The position numbers were made by a program, and so were the translations under genes. Shown here piece after piece: positions 1-13,404 of a stretch of DNA of 64,000 nucleotides. The notes beneath the pieces are model-generated. The model did not search any database. It was not told where the DNA came from and saw nothing but the letters and a program-made list of their open reading frames with translations. This DNA is from Epiperipatus broadwayi (taxonomy: Eukaryota; Animalia; Onychophora), in the NCBI GenBank assembly GCA_028023455.1, contig JAQFVV010000005.1:1116001-1180000 (forward strand), read 5' to 3'. Numbering within the stretch: position 1 is the stretch's first letter; each line of letters opens with the position of its first letter.

Positions 1-290
1 ATTAGGATTAACAAAAAGGATTGAAAGCAAAATACTTGGATCAGAAAACAAACAGTTATCACGGACATTATTAGAAGGACTAAGAGACTGAAATAAATCT
101 GGGCTGGATGGATGAATAGTTGAAATCTTAAAGGGGATTCCACCAGTTTGCAAAAGATCTAGAAATAGACCATATATGAAATGGATAAACAAAACAAGAA
201 AGTTTGTCATTATGATATAGAGAAAATAGCTATGGATTGGAGAACTGGAATTCTGCAATAAATTGACAATATTTGAAAATGATGATGAGC
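1..290 (+). mobile_element. Degenerate 3' fragment of the RTE LINE family
   Basis: Resembles 4530-4820 of the intact copy (e.g. gttgaaatcttaaaggggattccaccagtttgcaaaagatctagaaatagacc) and ends in gatgatgag. Confidence 0.6.
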
Positions 291-601
291 ATATATATAT
301 ATATGTATAGACCTCACAAACACACACAAATAAACATTTTATAGTCTCATGTACACACGCATGTGCATGTTCTTCATGAATGGAGTAGTACTTTCACATT
401 TATATATATATATGCTTATCAGAGCGATGAACAGTTCTTCACTGTTTAATACTCATCAAATATAATACATCCACACATGTGTAGACATATTCTCATCATA
501 ATATTTTTGGATACACCCAATATTTATATATAAACACATATTTAAGGATATATTTATAACCGTGTGTGGACACATAATTATAAAGATTCTGTTAACAATA
601 G

Positions 602-721
<120 letters not shown>

Positions 722-1525
722 TGATATAAATTGGGGGATTCTGTAGTTAAATGGAAGAGTGTAGAAGTTATATATGTATAGCATATTTTTCATCACTTTC
801 TAAAAAGAGCTTGAAAACTATTTGAATTAGTGTAAATGGATTTACAAATAGGATCAGCTAACAAATGCTGCTTGTTAGTGGGAAAATCGAATTAAGCTCT
901 ATATAAGCTAATAAACTGGCTTTCTGCTGTCTGTTGCCAGATGTAATTTTGGTTTGCTTTTTCATTTGAAATATAATTGGACGTTGGTCTGATGATAAAC
1001 AAGGAAAAATTGCAGTTTCTAAGAAATCAATCTTCTTGTTCTGTCTGACCAACCTTATGCTGGTAAACATGGAACAAAATAATTAAAATGTATTGTGTGG
1101 GAAGTGGGGGGGGGGGGGACTTACATGAGTGAAAAAGTTTTTCATTTCTGCATCACCAATAGTTTATTTAAAGCTGTAAATCAATTTGTGTGTATGTGTC
1201 TATGCAAATGAATAAAGTAATTTCATTTATCTTCTTTCACAATCTGAAGGAAAAAAATGTTTATCAGCTCACATACACCCACACATTTATGAATATATTC
1301 GTTACACGCATATGTATACAGCGTATATATATATACGTATGACAAACATACTCAGATATATAAATCATTATATTGAAAATCTCTAATATGATATGAGCAC
1401 AGAAATGCCATTGTGAAATAAATTGAATGTTAAATAATAGATATTTAAATATTCTGAAGTTGATTACAAGTTAAAATCTGCTTTACTGTTTGACTCACTT
1501 GTAAACCTGTTTATATATATGTGTA

Positions 1526-1693
1526 GGCTGCAGAAAGGAGTTTGCTATTAACTGAAAGGAGACCCTTTGATTCCTCTTGGAGGCCTTAAAGGAACCGAGC
1601 AGGGCAAATTCCTAATGTCCACTCCATACGTTCTTGTCGTTGCAGCTGTTATTACTATGTGATTATTCATATAGTATACGAACATGGATGGGC
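1526..1693 (+). ncRNA. HDV-like self-cleaving ribozyme at the 5' end of the RTE
   Basis: P1 GGCTGCA(1526-32)/TGCAGCT(1641-47) with G1-U wobble; P2 TCCAT(1623-27)/ATGGA(1684-88), extended by GTCCA/TGGGC; P3 ACG/CGT; L3 TTCTTGT; G1648 for P1.1; P4 hairpin ~1653-1676; J4/2 CGAAC with putative catalytic C1679. Confidence 0.85.
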
Positions 1694-1852
1694 TGCTCAC
1701 CAACACGCATTAGCCAGCATGATGAGTTTATTGGCTTTTTACCTCTTGAGTTTAAGATCAAAAAACACCATGGTCTTTCCTCTCAGTGCCTGATAAGGCA
1801 GAATGAATGTTTGTGTAAATGATAAATATTTTTCCAATACATATATACAATT

Positions 1853-4805
1853 ATGACAGACAAAAATAAAGCATGGCCCTTATTCCCAGGAGGCAGTAAA
1901 GTCACCAACCAAGGCAGCGGTTGGTGGCCGAAGGCAGAGGGTGCTAAGAATCCCCTGATTGCGGACCCAGGCTGCCATTTGATGACGACTTTTTATATAA
2001 GTACTTACAACTGCAGATCACTTTCAAGTGAAGGAAGATTGCAAGAAATAGAAGAAGAACTATCTTATATTAAATGGGACATTATTGGACTTTGTGAAGT
2101 TAGAAGAAAAGGAGAAGAAACAATTGATTTAAAAAGTGGACATATACTCTATTATAAAGGCACACATATTGGAAATACAAGTGGAGTAGGATTCATTATA
2201 AATAAAAAGTGGAAAAACAATATTGTGGAGATTGATGGTGTATCGGACAGAGTGGCAAGATTAGTTATACAACTTAATAGCAGATACCAAATGCAGATAA
2301 TTCAGGTTTATGCCCCAACAAGTTCTCATAGTGATGAAGTAGTAGAAGATTTCTATATGGATGTACAAAAGGCTTTTGATCAGGGTAAACAACATTTTAA
2401 AATTGTTATGGGAGACTTTAATGCTAGAATTGGTAGACAAATGAAAGATGAAATTGCTGTAGATAATTTTGGTTATGGTAATAGAAATGAGAGAGGACAG
2501 ACTTGTGGAGTTTGCAGAAAAAGAAAAACTTTATATTATGAATTCATTTTTTGAGAAAAATGTTAAAAGGAAATGGACATGGAAGCATCCAAATGAAGGT
2601 ACAGCAGAATTGGATTATATTTTGACTAACAGAAAATACATATTTCAAGATTGTAATGTTCTTAATAAATTTAACACAGGAAGTGATCATTGATTAGTAA
2701 GGGATAAGTTACATGTTAATGTAAAACTAGAAAGACAAAAATTATTAAGAAAAACCATATTTACAGTTGATATTCCTAATCTTCAGAAACATTCTAATGA
2801 ATTTAAATTAGAACTTACAAATAGGTTTCAAGTGTTAGGAGATTTTGAACATGATACAGATTTGAATGAAATTAATATGAAAATAACTGATACACTTTTA
2901 AAAACTGCAACAAACATAGCTGGTAGAAAAAATCAGCAATTGACTAATAAAATTTCTACTGAGACTAGAGAATTTATGAAGAAAAGACGGAATATGAAGA
3001 TATACAAAAATGATGTATTAAAAAGAATTGAATATCTCGAATTTTGTAAAATGGTACGGAAAAGAGTTGAAAATGATATAAGAAAGTATAACTGAGAACT
3101 AGCAAGGAAAGCTGTAGAAGAGAATAAAAGTCTCAAGAATGTTAAACAACATTTTGGTATTTGTAGGAAATTTATATCTGCAATAAGAAAAAAAGATGGA
3201 ATTATTACTAAAAAGAGAGATGACATCATGAAATTGGTAGAAGATTTTTATCAAGAATTATATAGTAATAAAGAACAAGTACCTCCTATATCTATTACAT
3301 CTTCCAAATTGCCCAGAATTTTAAATGAAGAAGTGAGACATGCAATTAAATGTATGAAGAAAGGAAAGGCTCCAAGAAATGATGGAATTATAATTGATAT
3401 ATTAAAAGAAGCAGGTGAAGAAATAGAAACAATTTTAGCAAAGTTATATACCAAATGTCTAAATGATAAAGATGTACCGGAAGATTGGAAGAATGCAGTA
3501 ATAATATTAATATTTAAAAAAGGTGATAAAGAAGATATTAGAAATTACAGACCTATCAGCCTTTTATCAGTTTTATATAAAATTTTTACCAAGATAATTA
3601 CAACTCGTCTACAGAGAACTTTGGATTTCCACCAACCAAGAGAACCAGCTGGATTTAAAAGTGGTTTTAGTACAATAGATCATATCCAGGTATTGAGAGA
3701 AGTCATAGAAAGGACAAACGAATATGAGTTGTCATTATGTTTTGGATTTGTAGATTATGAAAAGGCATTCGATTCTATACACATTTCTTCAGTGATTAAA
3801 GCATTGGATCATCAAGGTATAGATCCAGGATATTGTCATATTTTAAAGAATATTTATAAAAATGCAACAGCAACAATTAGATTACATAATGATACTGGAA
3901 AAATCAACATTGAGAAAGGTGTAAGACAAGGTGATTCCATATCTCCAAAACTTTTTACAGCAGTGCTGCAAGAAGTATTTTGTGGATTAAAATGGGAAAC
4001 TAAAGGAGTGAAAGTAAATGGAGAGTATTTAAGTCATTTAGATTTCGCAGATGATGTAGTTGTTTTTGCAAATAATGCTTCAGAGCTGCAGGAAATGTTG
4101 CAGGAGTTAGCAGATGAAAGTAGAAAAGTAGGACTAAAGATAAATGTTAAAAAGACTAAAGTAATGTTTAATCGATTTGCTCAAAATATGAAAATAAAGA
4201 TTGATTATGAAGAATTAGAAGAAGTTAACAGTTACAAATACCTTGGTCAGATTATTAATACAGATGGAAACATAATAGAGGAAATTAATCATAGAATTAA
4301 ACTTGGTTGGAGTGCTTTTGGTAGAAATAACTTGATACTAAAAGGAAATATGCCTATGTGTTTGAAAAGGATGGTTTTTAACAAATGTGTTTTACCAGGT
4401 CTTACTTATGGATCTGAGACTTGGACACTTAATAGAAGAGCAATACAGAGACTTCAGACCACTCAAAGGAGTATGGAGAGATGTATGTTGGGAGTAACAA
4501 GAAGAGATCGAAAACGCAATATATGGGTAAGACAACAAACAGGTGTTACTGACCTTATTGAAAAAATTAAAAGATTGAAATGGAGTTGGGCTGGACATAT
4601 TGCTAGAAGAGATGATAATAGATGGACAATTGAAATTTTAAACTGGATTCCAAGAGATTGTAAAAGACCCAGAAAGAGGCCACATGTGAGATGGATGGAT
4701 TAAATAAGAAAATGTGCAGGGGTGTTGTGGAGAAGAGAAGCTAAAGATCGGAGAAGGATTAAACTTGGAGAGACCTTCATCCTGCAGTGGATTGATAATG
4801 GTTGA
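1853..4805 (+). pseudogene. RTE ORF (AP endonuclease + reverse transcriptase, ~980 aa), disrupted
   Basis: APE motifs (TYNCRSL, GLCEVRR, IQVYAPT, MGDFNA, SDH) and RT motifs (NYRPISLL, DYEKAFDS, GVRQGD, LDFADD, YKYLGQ). One frameshift near 2497 and stops at 2691, 3093 and 4701. The copy at ~15560 has GAA where this copy has the 4701 stop. The natural stop TGA at 4803 begins the tail. Confidence 0.95.
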
Positions 4806-6365
4806 TGATGATGATGATGATGATATGTGTAGACACATACAATATGTTTCATGTTAAAGATAACTGATGATTAATTCTGCCTGCAGCTCCATCTTGTAAT
4901 CAATGCATGTATTGTGTAGTAACATAAAAAAATAAAAAAATGCTAGCTTGTTTGGATCAAAAATATGTTACAGTGTGTTTTGTACTTAACTCATCATGGA
5001 ACAATTCAGTAACATTCAATTTTGTTTTAAATTTGGCAAAACTGTTACTGAAACATTTGAAATAATTTAAACTGTGTAAGGTAGTGAAGCCTTGAATCGC
5101 AAAAATGTTTTCAAATAGTTTGTAAGATGTTGTGATGATAGGAAGGAGCACTGAAGACAATTGGCAAAGGTATGAAACACACTGTCATATTTCAAGTTGT
5201 AACTCGTAATCCAGACATAAAAATGCCTTAAAATTTTTTCAGTGAATAACTAAATTATGTCATTACATAACACACGTTGGTTCAGTGATGGAACTGCAGA
5301 CAGCTTGGAGAGTAATTTTTTTACTCGGATATCTCAAGTATTTAATATTACATTCTTATTGAAGTTTTAAATATATTATATTACAATATGGCTGTATGCT
5401 GATAGTCGATTAATGTTAAAATTATAGATTTTAAAAATTATTTACGAGTCATTTTGTAAAATAATACGTTTATAACATCAAAAAAAAAAAGTAATATATT
5501 ATGCATGTATATGTGTTTATATATGGGTCCACATTAGCTTTTTATTAAAAATTATTAATAGAACTATTTAATTGTATTTTTTTTTTTAAGTATGCACAAC
5601 AAACCTATATATTAAAGGCATGAAAATGTAGAACTTGCTGCTGCATTTTAATGCAACAGTAGGTAGAATAATAGATTTTGAAATTAAAGGTTCCTGATTT
5701 TAGAGTCACCTTATTGCTAACCATTCAGTTAATTTTAAATATCAAATTTTATTTTTAACAGAAAATTTAAAATTGATTGATTGATGTTTTAATTCCTTCA
5801 AGTTGAGGTTTTTTTAAGCATATAGGAACTATATAATTTATTTATTTCATGTAGTCAGAACTTTGTTAATTAGGGTTAGAAACTGTGAAGTTTTCTGCCT
5901 GCAACATACAGTTTATTGCTAAAGAAGTCATATGACATTTGAGTCCTCTAATGAAAGATTTAAGTATTTATTAGTTTCATTCACTTAGTCTGAAGAAAGG
6001 TTTTTTAAAAATATATGTTAGTCAGTTAAGAAACAGTTATAGAACTTTTAGCTTCATGCCTGCTATTTTACCACTGCAGTACATTTGCACAATAATTATA
6101 TAATATCACGTTACTATGAAGTTATAATATTTGATTATCATGGGTGATAATTAGTTATTGGTTGCTACCTTTTACCAAAATTTTATATAGCGTCTTAAAA
6201 TTTAGAGCTTTATTATAAATTCTAATGACATTTTTGCGTCGTTAAAATAGCTGGGTTATTTTTGGAAATAGTTTCCAAGAGAAGACAGTTTAGTGAGAAA
6301 CTTATAGATATTGTAATAAAGTAAAAATATGAAAAACATAGACTTCCCAATTAAGCAAGTAATAT

Positions 6366-6727
6366 GACTAAATGCGCTAAAGCGCAGGCAGTGGTGAAGC
6401 CAAGTACAAATTGTAATATTAATTGGCTGAACCTTTTGAAAAGTTTTGTATTCTCATAATCATAGCAAGTGGGTTGTATGGGCATGATAGAAAATGTATG
6501 CGGCAAATATTTAAATATATGCAAAGTAGATTAGAAAATCCACTTTGTGGAGAGAGTGGAACATGCTTCCTTCTGATTTATAGCACGTGTTGTTAGCTAT
6601 AAGCCCTGCTTCCTTGATTTTATGTTTAAAGTCACCGACTATATATTTGATCTGACTTCTGCTCACCCAATTAATATTACAATTTATACTTAGCTTCATC
6701 ATTGCCTGCATTTTAGTGCATTTAGAC
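6366..6727. mobile_element. MITE-like element with ~60-bp terminal inverted repeats
   Basis: gactaaatgcgctaaagcgcaggcagtggtgaagccaagtacaaattgtaatattaattgg (from 6366) is an imperfect inverted repeat of ~6667-6727; no ORF inside. Confidence 0.7.
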
Positions 6728-6883
6728 ATATATTGTAATAAAGTAAAATATAAGGTAATATTAACATATCGTTATTTTGCTGAGAAATTTATAAATGTCT
6801 GAGTAAAGTAGTATATAAGAATATACAAATAATCAGAAATAGTGGGTTTAAATTACAAGAGATATATAATACTGATGTAGAGG

Positions 6884-6962
6884 CTATTGTCAAGGCAACC
6901 CCCTTTTAACAATAAAGATGGAATCCACCTTTATTGTTAAAAGGAGGTTGTTTTGACAACAG
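6884..6962. repeat. Near-perfect ~79-bp palindrome/hairpin
   Basis: ttgtcaaggcaacccccttttaacaataaag + 11-nt loop + ctttattgttaaaaggaggttgttttgacaa. Confidence 0.8.
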
Positions 6963-7065
6963 TTTGAAATTGTTGATTGTTATTGATATTGGGATTGTCT
7001 AAGCGTTGACTCATTTTTAATGATTACTTACAAACCCATTTAGCCTTGAACATTATTACACACAT

Positions 7066-7195
7066 ATATAATAAAAACACACACAATTACTTCTCTATAA
7101 AGCTGCTTTAATATTTCAACAAGCAGACTGGTTTTCATCAGAAAGCACAGCAAAAGCAGCTTTACAGAGAAGTAATTGTGTGTTTTTTATTATAT
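7066..7195. mobile_element. Short palindromic MITE-like element
   Basis: ~43-bp arms: ataataaaaacacacacaattacttctctataaagctgcttt / aaagcagctttacagagaagtaattgtgtgttttttattat. Confidence 0.7.
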
Positions 7196-9287
7196 TTTTA
7201 TTTTTTCTTTAGTTAGTTGTATATTTATTATATATATATTCATAAAGAAAGGAATGGAGAAATTAATTTTTTTTTACCAAAATATTAAGAATGACAGGAG
7301 AATGTGATTTTTTAACAGCTTGAGCAAGCATAAGAAATGGTGGTCATGCGATGTTTAATAAGTCGGAATGTGTAGCTAATTTTGATATTATCTAACTGGA
7401 TGTCAGATTGCTCCTATGATCATATAAATATCTAATGTACTTTTATCAGAAACAAAACACATTGATACTCTAATACTATATTATTTTTAAATGAAAAAAT
7501 GACATCAGTTTTCTTGTAATCATCATTTCTAATAATTTAAAAATTGCAAAAATAATAAATTGGTCTATAATGATCAAGAAGTAAGATATTCTTTTTAATA
7601 ATACATACCTTCAGTCATATGGGAAATGATTCGGTATTTAACTGTTTCAAGGAAATGACATCCTTATTGGATTTTTGAAGAATTGGTATAAGACATAATT
7701 GTTAAGATTAGCATTATGGAAAAATCATAGTTTATGAGGAGGGACCCAAAAATAACTGGAATCCCTTCTCTGATTTGTGCACCTGTTGTAATATATGCTT
7801 CTGCTGTTACATACTTCTTGCATGAATCCTTCTGAATCAATCTGCCAAATGACATTACCATGTGAAATAATGGTGCCACATAGCACATTTTTTTGTAAAA
7901 TGCATTTCGCATATTTGTCAATTTTTATAATGATTGAAAAGTTCGAACAATTTGAAATTCTAATTTTGTTTAAAGAAATTTGTAAAGAAAACAGTTGTAA
8001 TGCTTAAACCAAATTACAAGCAAGCTAATCTTATAAAAAACACAAGTTTATAATGGTTTAATTGAAATGTTAAATTCACTACCTCCCTAAAAAAGTACCA
8101 CAAGTGGATTTCATAGTCAAAACAATGTTGATTTTTTGACGCAAATGACATTTTTGTCTCAGAGTTAGTTTGTATCAATCAGCCATTTTATCTGAAAGTT
8201 TTGAAACCTTTATGTTATGTGATAAAATGTAAATGTCCCATTTTCTCGCATAGGAAAGAGTGCAAGCTTCACCCTGACAAAGTGTCATTTCTCAAGCCAT
8301 GAGTGTAAAATTCTTTTTAAATTAAATTCAGCATGACCCAGCTTATTTATCAATTTTTTTTTAATCTCGAGTGAAAAAAAATGTCTCTCTCTTTTTTTTT
8401 TTTTGCAGACTTAGAAGTGGTGAAAAACAAATGCCACAGGCATTAAAAGGTATCACTTTGCAAGTGTTTCCAGATTACTTTGAAAAATGAAAAACATGTT
8501 TATTCCTGTGTTTTGTATCAAATGGATAGTTATTTGAAAGTGATTAAATTTATAATATTTAATTACATTTCTTCAGAATTTCTACATTTTAATAGATAAA
8601 TTGTAATTTAAAAAAAAAATAAAACAGATTCATTACATTCCTTATAAAATTTCCTATAAAGTGACATAACATGACCTATCTATGACAGTTCTATATCAGA
8701 AAATAAAGTAATTGGTATCTAATTTTTTTAAGAAACTCCACAATAAATTTTTTCTTTTAGGTGTCTGTATATAATGAATGAAGATAAAGTAGCAGAGATA
8801 AATAAGTCTAAATACTTTTGGGGCTGTGAATAACACAGATTTAAAACATGGTGTAGCTAAAACAGAAAAGGAAAAAGTTTATATTTAGTGCAATGTAGAA
8901 TATTAATAATAATAATAATAATATTTTTTAGTCTTTCACATTATGAACATTTTGTTATGTAGAATCTACCTAAAATATAAAATTAAGTGATTATTGCAAA
9001 ATGATTGCTTACAAATAATAAAATGTTAGCAAAAGAATAAACATATATTAATCTTATCCAACAGAAAATATTCATCACTCATCCTTTTCTGATCAAAGTA
9101 AAATGTTTTGTAGAGCTGGCACATCAGTCAGCATTCCTGGAGAAGTTAAAGGAAATAGAGTTTGAAGAGGTGCATATTGCAAGGAATAAAACAGCCTTTC
9201 CAAGCACTTCTGCTGTTGCTCATCACTCCAGATAGCCCCCAAAAATTTCATATCCTTTTTTTTTTTAAGGCAGGCAATACATTTATC

Positions 9288-9722
9288 CAGGGATCCCCAA
9301 CCCTATGCCCACGGGCACCATGGCGCCCGCAGACCATTTTATGTGTGCCCGCCGCTATCCGAACACGATAAAAAATTATTTATCTGATACAAATAAATTT
9401 AATTTTTGAATTTTTTTTATGAATTATTGCATTATATTGTAATCAAATTGTAGGACATACTATACTTTTACAGCGTAAAAATATAAACGCCAATTATATG
9501 CTAAAATTTAATTTTTGAAATAAATATTTTTTTGTACATTATGTGTATTAATAACAATATCCAACTATAAATTTACATGTGATGTGATGAACTGTGGCTT
9601 CTCCTTAAACGAAGTCAAGAATATCTCAGCAATTATGTCCAGATAAAAAATAAATGGTGCCCGCGCTACCTGGCCAGTATTATGGAATGTGCTCTTAAGT
9701 GAAAAAAGGTTGGGGACCCCTG
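9288..9722. mobile_element. Non-autonomous hAT (Buster/Charlie-type) element
   Basis: TIRs CAGGGATCCCCAACC / GGTTGGGGACCCCTG; flanks share ATTTATC (imperfect 8-bp TSD). Confidence 0.85.
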
Positions 9723-12700
9723 ATTTATCATTTTGAATGATGTAAAACTACTAAAAGAACAGCTTGAATGACTAGCATAAAAAGTATTTTTATCTATGTA
9801 TACTTTTTTTATGATTGCACATTATAGCTATCTGCACAGATCTATCATTTGAACCCTCACTACTAATTTTGAGTGAATATTGGTGCATCATATTATGACC
9901 AATAAATTTAGTGATTGTTCAATTAACTTATTTTTCTATGCATTTGATCTGCAATTTTACTTTGTACTGTACTGGTCTATATGGAGATGCTTGGTTACTC
10001 TCAAAATTTAATGTCTGTTGGCTAAGCAAATTTAATTGTAATTAAATTGTGCTTTTTATTTAAGTTGTACTTTTTTTGGTGAGTGCAGTATTATGTATAT
10101 ATGCGCACACATGAATGGTAAAAAGATTTTAAAATTAGCTGTATATTTTACTGTAACAATTTTTATTTTTAAAAAAAACGAACATTGTCATAAATTTTAT
10201 GATCTTTCTGTTAAAAATTTTATAGAGTTAATTAGCAACAAAATTTTTTTATAGAGTTCAGAGACAAAGTTTAATTTGTAAAATTAAGAGTTTAACAAAA
10301 AAAAAAGTTTCATTTCTATTCAGCATTATAGTCTGTAAAATTCTTTAATTAAGGTAATTAATCTAGAATTTTGTAATTAATGTAAAAATGCTGGCAGCTA
10401 AAATATTTTAATCACTTGTTTACTGGTTGAGGAGATTCTTGACTGGGAGGAACAATAAGTGGTGGAGCTATGTTAATGTAGTCTATTCTATGCTATTTTA
10501 TTCTAGTCAGTTCAGCTGACTTCATTAAACTCAGTTTTATTCTGCTTGCACCGTGTTATATGTGCCCATTTTTAAAATGATCTCTGGACTCAATCCAATT
10601 GCTATATCTGAAGCCATGTGCAGCTAACGACTAAAGGACAAACTTCTCTCCAGCATGAACTCCTCTTTCACTGGCATATGCTAAATTCGCCTATTAACTA
10701 GATCCTATGAAAATATTTCAATCTATCAAGAGTATGCAATCATTTGATTAATCTGTACTGAAAGTAAGAGCTCCCAATTACTATTATTAACGTAAAATCT
10801 TTTGATGAACTATTTTATATATATATATCAATAAGTCAAGGATGCAAGGATGTATGTAAATTTATACCTTTCATATATGTATGTTAGATTATAAATATTC
10901 CAGTTTCTTCTTTTAATATCTTTGATAGATGATAAATCTATTAATAAAATACTAACTTCCTAGAATTAGTTTTTATTCTTTTAAAATTTAACAGTTATTA
11001 AAAAAGGAACTTATATCAGATTTCCCCCATTCCACTCGTCATTGTATTCTAAGCAAAAGTTAAAAGAATATAAGTTAGAAAAACAACAACTCTGAATTAA
11101 TTTTTTTAAAATGCATGTTTATTTAATAATGTCTCAGAAATCTACATATTTACATTTTTTTTTTTTTATGTATGTGTATGTGTGTATAATAATTCATTTT
11201 ATATACATGGTATACCAACTGGTAAAATAATAAGTTTTATGTTTTCATATCATATAAGCATAAAAGAAACAGATTGCCCTTTTATTTATTTCAATTTAGC
11301 AGTGGGTTCAGCTCAGTTTCTGCACATGCTCATTTATATATTTTTCCATAATTTTTTTTTTTTTTACTTACCGCATGAAATTAGCAGTCATTATTGCTTT
11401 TACATTGGGTCAAGGTAGTAAAATATCCCCTCCCTTATATATATATTCACTATTATTTTACACACATTATCTTAGGACCTATTTATTGTTCAATACAGTA
11501 CCTAGTTCCTCTCGTGGTTTTGAGTCTTGCTCCGCATATGAGCTGTGTCATAAAAATTTAGCACGTGTGAGATTGTATGATGATAAAGTCTGCCTATGCT
11601 TAATTAGTAAGTAATGTTTTACAGAGATATATACACACATCGACAATTCTCAAGCATACTGAGAGTTCCATTAGAGTTCCATTATATTCACGCTCAATTA
11701 TTTAATGAATAAAATTAATTCAAAGAGGAGAATCAAACAGTCAACTGACAAAGACAATAACTATTTATTTAAAAGGAGTTATACTAACTTAATATGGTTG
11801 AGCTAACTATAGTTCAAACCCGTCCATTAATGTGAACTCTTTGTTTATTTTTTATGTTTTACTACTGTTATTTCATTAATAAATTGTGTTGTTAAATATT
11901 AGATTTGTCTGGCATTTATTTACTGTTGTCTGCCCTACCAATTGTTTATTTTACTAAGAATCTTTACTTTCCCTGATTTCTAGAGGCAATAATTAATTTA
12001 CATATAGGTGATATAGGCGCTTAATGAATATCCAGGTCAACCAAAAATAATTATTGTAGCTAGAGAGGCCTAGTGTGCCCTCTGTTGATATATATTCGGC
12101 GCAGGATATCTTGTATAATATATATGTACACCTAATTTTATATATTCGGTCAAAGTCTTTACTGTTGTTGTCCTAGGATTTTTTTATTATTATTATTATT
12201 GAAATGCAGGCATGATAGTAAGTTAAGGAACCTATTGCAGCCATTATGCCTGTAAAATAAGGCTGTCTCAGACTTTAATATCAGTCTTAAATATCACCCA
12301 GCAGAGCTCATGGGCTTACATGAAATTTGTTGTTATCATAACAAAAGTAAACAATTTGTGATTTGATTCATTTTTTCAGCTCTATATTTTTTTCTATTGG
12401 GATATTTATTAGTTTTGCTAATTATTTCAGGTAAAAAAATTTATAAATGAAAAGTAAATAAAAAAAAAAAAAAAATGGTATTTCTCATCTGTAATGAGAG
12501 CTCTATACTCGTTATTTCCATCAAGTTCAGTGGGATTTTTAGTAGTTGATATGAAGAGCGATAGTTATATTATTAGTTTGTGCAAGTTATCTTCCAAAAA
12601 TATATTTTCTATATAAATTACTAGATGATAAAGTATCTTCAGAGTTCAATGACCTAGAAATTAGAAGAGAATCGTTGATGATGAATCTGGGTCAGAGTTA

Positions 12701-13404
12701 TTTTTTTCCATCTAAAAATTTAATGTTGTCTTTCTAAAATGTAATAAACTGAGATAATAAAAAAAAAATTAAATGATACTGTTTAAATAAAAATTCAAAT
12801 TTTGTTGTAGAAAAATATGCCAGACAACATTTGAAAGATAACAAGTGGACAGAAATATTGATATAACTCACACATACATAGTTCTACCTTTTTCCTGCAA
12901 ATTTGAAATTGAAAGGAAATTTTAAAAATTTAAAGAGAGCAACTTTATTGTGATTTGACTGGAAACTAATGTACTTTCAGAATCTTTGGCATTAAATTAA
13001 CAGTGATAATCATTGTTAAATTAACACTTATTATTTTATCACTTACAGGATGAACTTAATGAATCTTCTTAGGCTTGGAAGAATTGATATATGTTTTGAT
13101 ATTAATTGAAATGAAATTTTTAAATTTTTTGAAATAAAGAAATATGTGACGTATTCTCATTTAAATTGTAAAAAAGAAAAAAACGATGTTTTAGTTTCAT
13201 GCAAGATTTGTCAAAATAAGATTTAAAAACAGCAGTGCAAGAGAAGCAACTGGCAGTTACTTACCTTACTGAAAAATAATTTTTCCATGCAAAATGAACT
13301 TTTTTCTAATTAATTTACAAATTTTAATGTTTATTTTTTGTGTATGATTTAATCACGATTAAATGAAATCGCAGATGTTGAGATGGCAAATGCTTCAACT
13401 CTCC

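Larger units (their letters stand above)
1526..4822 (+). mobile_element. Full-length RTE-clade non-LTR retrotransposon (~3.3 kb)
   Basis: Single APE+RT ORF, (TGA/GAT)n tail at 4803-4822, and TSD ATATGTGTA(G) at 1517-1525 and 4823-4831. The 5' boundary GGCTGCAG is identical to that of the copy at 63325. Confidence 0.97.

Noticed and set aside
8409-8449. Strong acceptor (poly-T GCAG) as a candidate next GAPDH exon
   Set aside because: Immediate stop in the required phase and no GAPDH similarity; the same holds for the acceptor at 8760.
9100-9260. Minus-strand peptide WSDEQQQKCLERLFYSLQYAP resembling the gypsy RT-RNase H linker
   Set aside because: Only ~50 aa with no other retroviral motifs nearby; may be chance.
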